Positions 1 to 7,206 of a stretch of DNA of 21,717 bases are shown one piece after another. Where the stretch lies: assembly GCA_937868485.1 (NCBI GenBank), contig CALMML010000123.1, positions 1 through 21,717 of the forward strand, in the 5' to 3' direction. A program made the position numbers and the translations under genes. How positions within the stretch are numbered: position 1 is the stretch's first letter; every line of letters begins with the position of its first letter. This DNA is from an uncultured Myxococcales bacterium (lineage in GTDB: Bacteria > Myxococcota_A > Polyangia > Palsa-1104 > JAEUJZ01). The notes under the pieces are model-generated. The model saw only the letters and a list, made by a program, of their open reading frames with translations. It ran no database searches and was not told where the DNA came from.

Positions 1-1346
1 CCGCGATAGCAGTCGAGCAGGCGCTGCGGCACGCTCTGCGGTACGGACAGAAACTCACCGGACAGGTGATATTCCAGGTAGAAGCGCAGCAGGTCGGGGC
101 CACTGCGGACTCCACCTGGACCGATGCCGAGCCACACAAGAAACGGTCCCAGCAGCGCGGCGGCGGTCAGCACGATGCGGAGCTGCGCACCGAGCAGATC
201 CTTTTTGGGCCGATGCAGCAGCAGATCCACCAGCAACCAGACAAAGAGCAGCCCGCTGAGCAGGTGGATGGCCGTCGCAAGGGCCAGGAGCCCGCCGAGG
301 ATCGACTGCTGCTGCCTGGCTGAGAGACGGTCAAAGCCTGGCAGACCCAGGTCGAGCAGCCCGCGATGGTGAAGGTACAGCAGCAAAAACAGGCTGCTTG
401 CCAGCTGCATGGACTCCTTTTCCTGTCCGCACAGGACCAGCTGCCAGCGTCCACGGGCGAGCAGGTAGAGCAGGCAGGCCAGGGTCGCTGTGAGCGCCTT
501 GTGGCAAGGCTGCGGCTGGAGCGCGCGGGCCGCCAGGTAGAGGAGCGCCATGTTTCCGCCCAGGCTGAACGACTCACGAACCAGCACCGCCACGAGCGGA
601 TCATCGGTGAAGAGGAGAAACGGTGCGGTGAGCGGGATGATGAGCGGATGTGCAAAGAACAGCCAGTCGCCCAGGGCTGCTGCCCGGCCTTGGTGCAGCA
701 CGTTGGCGGTCATCAGCGCATCCCACTGCGGGTCCGCACCGAAGCGAAACAAGAGCTGCGCGGCGGTCGCAAGCATCCCGATGGAAAGCGCGGGCAAGAG
801 CGGGGAGCGGCGTGGACCCAGGCTGCGCGCAATCACCTGGCTGAGCAGCGTCACTGGGAGCAGCAGGGGCGCTGCGAGGAGCAGCAGTCCGCTGGCGGTC
901 AGGATGCCGAGCACAAAGCCGTTGTTTTCGTGGAAGAACAGGGCGGCGGGGTCGGGGGCGTGCTGACCTCGGCGGGCCAAAAAGAGTCCGCCATAGCCAC
1001 CCGCAGCGAGAGCGGTCGCCATCACCAGCAGGTGCGTCCGGTGTGAAAACGCGGCGTACTCTGTCGCCAGCGCGGAGACACCTAGCAAGATCGGCGCGAG
1101 CACCGCGAGCGTGCGCTCGGGCCGGTCGTGGTCGGTGGTCGGATGGGAACCTTGGGCGTGCTGGGTCCACTTCGCGCCAAACAATCCGCCGAGCAGCCAG
1201 CACAGGACGACGACAAACCAGGCCGTGGTGCTGGCAGACAGGCCACGCATTGCCACAAAGCCAAGCGTCACCTGGATGCAGGCGAGGGCAAAGCCGGTCA
1301 CAAACGGCTCGCCGAGGCGCTGGGCTAGGGAAGGGCGCGGTGGCAT
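1..1346 (-). CDS. Polytopic integral membrane protein, 3'-partial (at least 448 aa; runs off the window start). Family not recognised. Not in the supplied ORF track because it has no stop within the window.
   Basis: Manual reverse-complement translation from ATG (plus 1344-1346) gives MPPRPSLAQRLGEPFVTGFALACIQVTLGFVAMRGLSASTTAWFVVVLCWLLGGLFGAKWTQHAQGSHPTTDHDRPERTLAVLAPILLGV... This was checked codon-by-codon for more than 90 codons with no stop; the full run to position 1 was hand-translated without an exact stop check. No complete ORF starting here is listed, which implies the frame stays open to position 1. The sequence is strongly hydrophobic with multi-TM character and GC3-rich codons. 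It starts 10 nt after the stop of the upstream minus-strand gene, consistent with operon arrangement. Confidence 0.5.
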   Translation of the reverse strand, partial: MPPRPSLAQRLGEPFVTGFALACIQVTLGFVAMRGLSASTTAWFVVVLCWLLGGLFGAKWTQHAQGSHPTTDHDRPERTLAVLAPILLGVSALATEYAAFSHRTHLLVMATALAAGGYGGLFLARRGQHAPDPAALFFHENNGFVLGILTASGLLLLAAPLLLPVTLLSQVIARSLGPRRSPLLPALSIGMLATAAQLLFRFGADPQWDALMTANVLHQGRAAALGDWLFFAHPLIIPLTAPFLLFTDDPLVAVLVRESFSLGGNMALLYLAARALQPQPCHKALTATLACLLYLLARGRWQLVLCGQEKESMQLASSLFLLLYLHHRGLLDLGLPGFDRLSARQQQSILGGLLALATAIHLLSGLLFVWLLVDLLLHRPKKDLLGAQLRIVLTAAALLGPFLVWLGIGPGGVRSGPDLLRFYLEYHLSGEFLSVPQSVPQRLLDCYR

Positions 1347-1355
1347 GTCCTGGGG

Positions 1356-2933
1356 CTACTCGCGAGCGTAGGCGTGACGCGCCAGCAAAAGGACGCCGAG
1401 CAGGTCGCGGTCAGACAGCGGACGTACCGCGTGGATGAGGCGTCGGACCTGGGCATCGGCAAAGAGCAGGACTGCACCCTGCGGGTCACGCGCTGTGACC
1501 GCTTGCTCGACCTGCGTGGGGGAAAAGGGCAGCTTGCGGGCGGCGTAAAGGACCGGCAGACCGACGGCGCTGCTGTCCACCACCAGGATGTCGGCAAAGA
1601 CTTGGGCGGCGGACTGGGCGATTCGCTGGGCGAGCGGCTCAGACAGCGCTTCACACAGGCTGAGCGACACCACGCCACCTGGGGTGAGGTGCTCGGCGAC
1701 CTGACGATAGAACGTCGGGGTGTGCAGCAGCGCGGTGGCAATCCGATACGGTGCAGGGACATCGAGCACGATGAGGTCGAAGCGCTCGGTGCTGTGGGCC
1801 AGCGCATGTCGCGCATCATCCAGGGTCAGCGTGATGTCGTGGGGCGACAGGCGATGGACGCTGGCGAAGTGAGCAAAGCCCAGCGAGGCGACGCGGGCAT
1901 CCAGCTCGATCACCTGGACGCGATAGCCCAGGCGGTGCAAGCGGGCCGCCGAAGAGAAGCTGCCACTGCCGACCACCAGCGCGTGGCCGCGTGTCGGTCG
2001 CATCGCTCCGGGGACTTCGGCCAGCAGGACGGAAAAGGCATCGAGTGATCCCGAGCGATAGAACGGCACGCCATCGAGAAACAAGGCCGTCTCTGCGTCA
2101 TCCCGAACGACATCAATGCGCTGATGGGGGGAGTAGTCGCTGGCGAGAAGCTGCGGAGACTTGATCCCATGGACGTGCCGGAAATAGGCAGCTGTGACGT
2201 GCTGGTCGAGGTGTGAGCCAAGGCCGATGAGCGTCGCCGACCCGAGCAGTGTTCCCAGCGCCACCTTCCGACCGTAGCGAAGCAGGGCCATGACGACCGG
2301 CACAAGTAGATAGCCTGCGCGCAGCAGCTGGTAGGACGGCCCAAGCGCGATGCCGACCAGGAAGATCAGGGCTCCGGCCAGCTCTGCGGCATACAAGCGG
2401 GGCAGCGAGTCGGTCTTGGCGTACAGCGGCAGCAGCACCGCGCAGTATCCGCACGGGATCGTGATGAGCACGGTGGCCAGGATGAGGGCCCAAGCTGGAT
2501 GGGCTGTGCTGAGTGCAGCGCTGAGGGCTCGGATGCTCCAGGGGAGGGTTGCGTGCGCAAGGAACGCGACGGCGGCCCACAGGTGTTCGATGCTGCCACC
2601 AAGCGTTAGGCGGCTACCGAGCGCGTAGCCCAGGCTGGGACCCAGCAGCGTGATGAGCGTGGCGAGCAGCAGCGACAGCTCAGTGACAAAGAACGTCGAG
2701 CCCAGCTCTCGCGAGGCGACGTACTGACAGGCGAACAGGGCTGCACCACCGCTGGCCAGCACGGCGGACGCTAGGAACCCGCGTGGGAGAGACAGGGGAA
2801 GACGCAAAGCCGACGGCACAGCAGCTTTGCAGCGTAGCACAGGCGCTGCGCCTGGCTTGCCCGAAACTGTGCAGCTAGCGGGGCTGTCCGTAGAACGTGC
2901 CGCGACCGTTGGTGCCGATGTAGACGCGACCAA
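1356..2933 (-). CDS. Membrane-anchored spermidine-synthase-like (PABS / class I AdoMet-MTase fold) protein. The N-terminal ~220 aa is polytopic membrane domain and the C-terminal part is a Rossmann-like domain. The true start is probably downstream of the listed ATG.
   Basis: C-terminal domain ...RGHALVVGSGSFSSAARLHRLGYRVQVIELDARVASLGFAHF...FDLIVLDVPAPY...LTPGGVVSLSL matches the spermidine/spermine synthase-like fold. The glycine motif is VVGSGSF rather than canonical GGGDGG, so the function may differ. The N-terminus has multiple hydrophobic helices. The listed start overlaps the upstream gene by 59 nt and the first ~40 residues are low-complexity, so an internal TTG/GTG start is likely. Confidence 0.6.
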   Translation of the reverse strand: MVASTSAPTVAARSTDSPASCTVSGKPGAAPVLRCKAAVPSALRLPLSLPRGFLASAVLASGGAALFACQYVASRELGSTFFVTELSLLLATLITLLGPSLGYALGSRLTLGGSIEHLWAAVAFLAHATLPWSIRALSAALSTAHPAWALILATVLITIPCGYCAVLLPLYAKTDSLPRLYAAELAGALIFLVGIALGPSYQLLRAGYLLVPVVMALLRYGRKVALGTLLGSATLIGLGSHLDQHVTAAYFRHVHGIKSPQLLASDYSPHQRIDVVRDDAETALFLDGVPFYRSGSLDAFSVLLAEVPGAMRPTRGHALVVGSGSFSSAARLHRLGYRVQVIELDARVASLGFAHFASVHRLSPHDITLTLDDARHALAHSTERFDLIVLDVPAPYRIATALLHTPTFYRQVAEHLTPGGVVSLSLCEALSEPLAQRIAQSAAQVFADILVVDSSAVGLPVLYAARKLPFSPTQVEQAVTARDPQGAVLLFADAQVRRLIHAVRPLSDRDLLGVLLLARHAYARE

Positions 2934-5103
2934 AGACGCGCGGGTCGGCTTCCATCACCATCGCTTGGTCGCCGATGGGCTGGCTGGGGCTGTCGATGCG
3001 CAGGTAGGTGAGGCCCAGGTCTTCACTGCGGAAGATGCCGGGGACGCCGCCGATGATGCCGTAGACAAACAGGGTGGACTGGCTGCTGCCGGGGGCGGGA
3101 CGACCGAGCGCAAAGAGCTGGCAGTGGTCGATGCCTGCGACCTTGTGGAACGACAGTCCGGCGTCATCGGATCGAAACAGGCCGTTTTCGGCCAGGCAGA
3201 CAAAGACCTGTCCGCGCACGCCCGGTGTGGTCTTGACGGAGGGTCCGGGCTGTCCGCTGCGGGTGTCAAAGGGGGGCGCGGGAAGCTGGGCGGTCTGCTG
3301 GAAGTGCTGTCCGCCATCGCTGCTGACGTAAAACGCACCTTGAAGGAACAGATAGAACAGGGCGGAAGAGGTGCGGTCGGACGCGAGCGGATGGGTGTAG
3401 TCCCAGCGGTCGGAGATGGCGTTTTTGGGGGCACCTTGGCTGGGCTTCCAGGTCTTGCCGCCATCACTGGTGAAGGAGGGGATCGCGTTTTGCGGGACCC
3501 ACACCGCACGCTGACAGTCGCTGCCAGCCAAGACGATGCGGCCATTTTTGGCCTTGGCAAAGGGCAGGGTGGCAAAGCGGACAAAGGAAGCGGCTCCATC
3601 TTCGGATCGCGCACCTCGGAATGGACCGCCGCGCTCTTCGCCGACGCGCATGACGACGCTGGGGTTTGCCTCGCAGAAGTCGAGCCCGGTGGTGTCGCCG
3701 TCTTCGCCCTTGGGTCCGATCATGCGGGTCTTGGGATACGCGTCGAGATCTTCATGGCGAAAGCCATCGACATCAGCCACGCCGCTGAGCAGAGGCACCC
3801 CGGCTGGGGGACTGCGCAGGACAAACGGCTCGACTTCCTCATGGCCAGCTTGCAGGGTGGACCACGAGGAGGGCACTTGGTAGACGTCGTTGGTCTTCCA
3901 GGTTCCGTAGTAGTCGGTCAGAAACACCCGACTGGGCCGGTGCGGATCGATGAGCAGCGAGGATGTGTGTCCGGTAAAGAAGCGCTGCGGCCACCACGGA
4001 ACCTCTGCTTGACGCACGAGGGCGAGCGGCTGCCAGGATTTGCCTCGGTCGTGGCTTTCAAACAGCGGGGTCGGAAAGACATCGCTGGCGGGGGCGACGA
4101 GCAGGTGGCCCGGATCGCTTGGATCGACGCTGATTCCGCCATAGTCGTAGCGGGTCTTGCTGGTCGGCGTGATGCGGAACCAGCGGTCGGCTTGCAGCTT
4201 GTAGACGCCGCCAGGCTGGGTCTTGTCGCCGACCGACGTGACATAGAGCACGCCATCGGTGGCGAGAGCGGCGCGCTGTGGGCTACGCGGGAAGGGTCCG
4301 CTGCCAAGCCTGGCCCAGGTGACGCCTGCGTCTTGGCTGCGGAAGATGCCTTCGCCTGCGACGCCGACAAACAGGACCTGGCTCGGCTGGCCGCTCAGGC
4401 TGCTTTTGCCGTCGAATAAGACAAACGAAAGACCCAGCTCGGCGGTGCCGGTTGCGGGGAAGGACGCGACGCGAGAAAAGTGCTGGCCTTCATCGTCGCT
4501 CTTCCACAGACCATCGGTGCGTGAGCCGTAGTAGAGGATCTTGGGCTGGCTTGGATCGATGGCCAGGCGCTCTCCGACCCAGCGGAAGTTTTCGTTGCCA
4601 CCGATGGGGACGGGGAGTCCGAGCTTGCGCCACACGGTGCCGCCGTCTTCGGAGCGGTACAGACCCGAGGGCTGCGAAAGCCACGGACGCGGCAGGTACT
4701 TTCCCAGCGCGGCGTAGAGGATCTGCGGGTTTTCGGGATGGAGCGCGACGCTTTCGACGCCGTACAGGTGCCAGTCCTGGCGGGGAAAGGAGTCAAGGAG
4801 CGGCACCCAGCGCTGCGCGGTGGTGTTCCATTTGTACAGGCCGCCGACATCGGTGCGAATGTAGATCTGGTCGGGGACCTTGGGATGGATGACGATGCCG
4901 GTGACGTAGCCGCCGCCGCCCACCACGACAGAGCGCCAGGAGTAGTCGGCTGCGGGGGCCGTCCCATTGGCTTCGGGTCGCCGGGCTGTGGGCTGAGTGG
5001 GCAGCGCTGCGCAGCTTGCGACAAAGGGAGCCAGCAGCAGGACGGAGCCGCGTGCGCGGTGAAGACGCAGTCGATGCGGAGCCTTCGGCGAGGAGACTGT
5101 CAT
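2875..5103 (-). CDS. BNR/Asp-box repeat beta-propeller lipoprotein, GH74 (xyloglucanase/sialidase-like) family, 742 aa.
   Basis: At least nine S-x-D-x-G-x-T/S-W/F Asp-box motifs (SEDGGTVW, SDDEGQHF, SQDAGVTW, SHDRGKSW, SEDGAASF, SDGGKTW, SDGGQHF, SDDAGLSF, SEDLGLTY). The N-terminal WRSVVVGGGGYVTGIVIHP is typical of GH74. The signal peptide carries the lipobox FVAS|C. Confidence 0.7.
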   Translation of the reverse strand: MTVSSPKAPHRLRLHRARGSVLLLAPFVASCAALPTQPTARRPEANGTAPAADYSWRSVVVGGGGYVTGIVIHPKVPDQIYIRTDVGGLYKWNTTAQRWVPLLDSFPRQDWHLYGVESVALHPENPQILYAALGKYLPRPWLSQPSGLYRSEDGGTVWRKLGLPVPIGGNENFRWVGERLAIDPSQPKILYYGSRTDGLWKSDDEGQHFSRVASFPATGTAELGLSFVLFDGKSSLSGQPSQVLFVGVAGEGIFRSQDAGVTWARLGSGPFPRSPQRAALATDGVLYVTSVGDKTQPGGVYKLQADRWFRITPTSKTRYDYGGISVDPSDPGHLLVAPASDVFPTPLFESHDRGKSWQPLALVRQAEVPWWPQRFFTGHTSSLLIDPHRPSRVFLTDYYGTWKTNDVYQVPSSWSTLQAGHEEVEPFVLRSPPAGVPLLSGVADVDGFRHEDLDAYPKTRMIGPKGEDGDTTGLDFCEANPSVVMRVGEERGGPFRGARSEDGAASFVRFATLPFAKAKNGRIVLAGSDCQRAVWVPQNAIPSFTSDGGKTWKPSQGAPKNAISDRWDYTHPLASDRTSSALFYLFLQGAFYVSSDGGQHFQQTAQLPAPPFDTRSGQPGPSVKTTPGVRGQVFVCLAENGLFRSDDAGLSFHKVAGIDHCQLFALGRPAPGSSQSTLFVYGIIGGVPGIFRSEDLGLTYLRIDSPSQPIGDQAMVMEADPRVFGRVYIGTNGRGTFYGQPR

Positions 5104-5154
5104 GCGCGCACTATGGCGCAGATGAGGTGAGCTTGGGAACGTACAGCGGTCGTA

Positions 5155-6453
5155 CTAGGCGAGCTTGTAGAGCTGGACGGGGGCTTCTCGGCCTTTGACG
5201 GTTGCCGGAGGGAGCTTTTCAGCGGGAAACCGACCGGACGGTAGCTGAGCGATGACGGCGTCGCTGGCGAGGAGCTGGGCGGCGTGGACTTTGGTGAGCT
5301 GCTCAATGCGTGAGGCCAGGTTCACGGTGTCGCCGATGACGGTGTACTCCCTTCGTAACGAGGAGCCAACGCTGCCGGTGATGACATCGCCTGCGTGTAG
5401 ACCGATGCCGATGCGCGTGGGAGGGATCTGACCTGCGTGCGCCAGCTGGTTGACCTCTGAAATCAAGTCAAGCGCGGCCTGGACGGCGGACAGGCAGTGG
5501 TTTTCGGAAGGAAGGGGGGCTCCGAAGATGGCCAAGAAGCCGTCGCCCAGGAACTTGTTGATGATGCCGCCATGGCGGTCTACGACGGCGACCAGCGGCG
5601 CAAACAGGGTGTTTAGGAAGGCGACCACTTCGCTTGGGGTTCGGGACTCTGCAAAGCGGGTGAAGTCGCGAATGTCCAAAAACAGAACGCAGACCGGACG
5701 CAGCTCTGTGATCTGTCCGGCTTGCTCTTGCAGCAGTCGCTCTGCCACTTGGGGAGAGACATGCTGTCCGAACATGGCCATGGTGCGGTCCCGCTCGACC
5801 ACGACTTCGGCGGCGCGGATGACGCGGCGGCGCAGATCATGGCTGATGGTGGCGGCCCCGAGTCCGCTGATGGCCAGGATTCCGCTGCGCAGATAGATCG
5901 GAAAGGGAGACAGAAACAGAGAGAGGGATCCGGTGCTGGGCGTTTGCAGCAAGGCCTGGGCGAGTGCGACATACTGCGCAGCTGCGATCAGGGCAACGAA
6001 CACAGAGACACGCGCATCCAGTCGCAGAATCGACACCATGATCACGACCAGATAGAGCAGTACAGGGGGCGCGCTGAGCGCGAAGGCTGGATTGGAGACG
6101 CGCGCGATCAGAAACAGCACGAGCGAGATGCCGCTGACCTCTACCACCGAGTTGATGATCAGGAACAGACGCGGCAGACCCTGCTTGCGCTTGATCTTGC
6201 GATGCACAAAAAGGAGTGACAGCCAGCAGTAGACAGCGGCGAGCGCACTGCTCAAGCTGATGAGCGGACTGATGGGAAGGAAGGCTCCGCTTTGAACCTT
6301 GGGCGCTCCCGAGGTGAGGAACAGATACACCACCAGCGTCAGCAGAAAGCCGATGCTAAAGCCGCCGGCCATCAGCGTGGCGCGGAGTCGCTCTGCTTGC
6401 ACATATTCCAGGGCAAGCTGATCTTCGAGCGCGCGCTGCTGACTGTGATCCAT
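5155..6453 (-). CDS. Membrane-bound class III adenylate/guanylate cyclase (6 predicted TM helices plus a C-terminal CYTH-less cyclase homology domain), ~432 aa. The start has been re-set to the ATG at 6453..6451.
   Basis: Cyclase domain motifs VLFLDIRDFTRFAE, GDGFLAIFGAP, IGIGLHAGDVITGSVGS and EYTVIGDTVNLASRIE. The N-terminus after MDHSQQ... has six hydrophobic segments. The ORF-track N-terminal extension (6454..7047) is Arg/Pro-rich nonsense and overlaps the divergent EF-hand gene. Confidence 0.75.
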   Translation of the reverse strand: MDHSQQRALEDQLALEYVQAERLRATLMAGGFSIGFLLTLVVYLFLTSGAPKVQSGAFLPISPLISLSSALAAVYCWLSLLFVHRKIKRKQGLPRLFLIINSVVEVSGISLVLFLIARVSNPAFALSAPPVLLYLVVIMVSILRLDARVSVFVALIAAAQYVALAQALLQTPSTGSLSLFLSPFPIYLRSGILAISGLGAATISHDLRRRVIRAAEVVVERDRTMAMFGQHVSPQVAERLLQEQAGQITELRPVCVLFLDIRDFTRFAESRTPSEVVAFLNTLFAPLVAVVDRHGGIINKFLGDGFLAIFGAPLPSENHCLSAVQAALDLISEVNQLAHAGQIPPTRIGIGLHAGDVITGSVGSSLRREYTVIGDTVNLASRIEQLTKVHAAQLLASDAVIAQLPSGRFPAEKLPPATVKGREAPVQLYKLA

Positions 6454-6636
6454 GACCCATGATAACGGCAGGGGCAGCGGGCAGGGAATCGGACGGACGG
6501 GCTCTGCATGCGTGTCGGTGCTGCGCACAGGTGTGCTGTCAGGTGCGGAAGCTCGTACGGTGTCGGCGCATGCTGGGGGCGCCGGTAGACAAGCCGACAA
6601 AACGCGGAGAAAATGGTGGGTCTTGGGAGGGACTGA
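6454..6636. promoter_or_regulatory. Divergent intergenic promoter region between the cyclase gene (-) and the EF-hand gene (+). It contains the palindrome GCACAG/GTGTGC (6525-6536) and the direct repeat GTGTCGGnGC...CGCA (6512-6529 / 6559-6572).
   Basis: A 183-nt non-coding gap between divergent start codons. The repeats and palindrome were seen directly. The SD GGGAGGG lies 5 nt before the ATG at 6637. Confidence 0.3.
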
Positions 6637-7203
6637 ATGGAACAGTCGACGCTTTCTGCGCCGTTGGTTCGTAAGTTTTCCGCGCTGTTTGCACGCTGTG
6701 ATCGAAACGGAGACGGTGTGCTGTCCGAAGAAGACTTCCGCGCACAGGCGCAGCACATTCAACAGATCTTCGGCTGGGCGGATGATGACAGACGGACGAA
6801 GCGTCTGTTTGCGGATCGAGGGGAGCTGTTCCACCGACTGGTTTCCGGGGCCGACAAAGACCGCAGTGGAACGGTGTCTCTGCCAGAGTTTCTGCGCTAC
6901 TTCGAGCGGCAGATCGTGGTGTTCCGCGCAGCCGGGGCAGCGTCTCCCTGGCTTCTGTCTTCGTGTCGCGATCTGATCGACCTGATTGATCAGGACAACA
7001 GTGGGTCCATCTGCGCAGAGGAGTTTGCCAAGCTGCTGTCCGCACAAGGATCGAGCGCGGATGCGGCGACGCTGTTTGGGAAGCTGGATCGGAACGGAGA
7101 TGGTCGGCTGACGCTGGATGAGCTGCTGGCGCTGTCGTTTGAGTTTATGACAAGCGATGATCCACAGGCGCCAGGCAACCAGTTCTTTTGCGGGGACTTC
7201 TAG
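6637..7203 (+). CDS. Calmodulin-like Ca2+-binding protein with four canonical EF-hand loops, 188 aa, cytoplasmic (no signal peptide).
   Basis: Four 12-residue loops: DRNGDGVLSEED, DKDRSGTVSLPE, DQDNSGSICAEE and DRNGDGRLTLDE. A strong SD GGGAGGG sits upstream of the ATG. Confidence 0.75.
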   Translation: MEQSTLSAPLVRKFSALFARCDRNGDGVLSEEDFRAQAQHIQQIFGWADDDRRTKRLFADRGELFHRLVSGADKDRSGTVSLPEFLRYFERQIVVFRAAGAASPWLLSSCRDLIDLIDQDNSGSICAEEFAKLLSAQGSSADAATLFGKLDRNGDGRLTLDELLALSFEFMTSDDPQAPGNQFFCGDF

Positions 7204-7206
7204 CGG

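Noticed and set aside
2827-4419. 530-aa plus-strand ORF antisense to the BNR lipoprotein gene
   Set aside because: It is an antisense shadow ORF typical of high-GC DNA. The product is Ala/Gly/Arg/Asp-rich with no motifs, whereas the opposite strand has clear Asp-box repeats and a lipoprotein signal.
6454-7047. N-terminal 198-aa extension of the cyclase ORF in the track (MCGQQLGKLL...)
   Set aside because: The extension is Arg/Pro-rich, has no TM or motif content, and overlaps the well-supported EF-hand gene on the other strand. The homology and topology of the cyclase begin at the internal ATG 6453.
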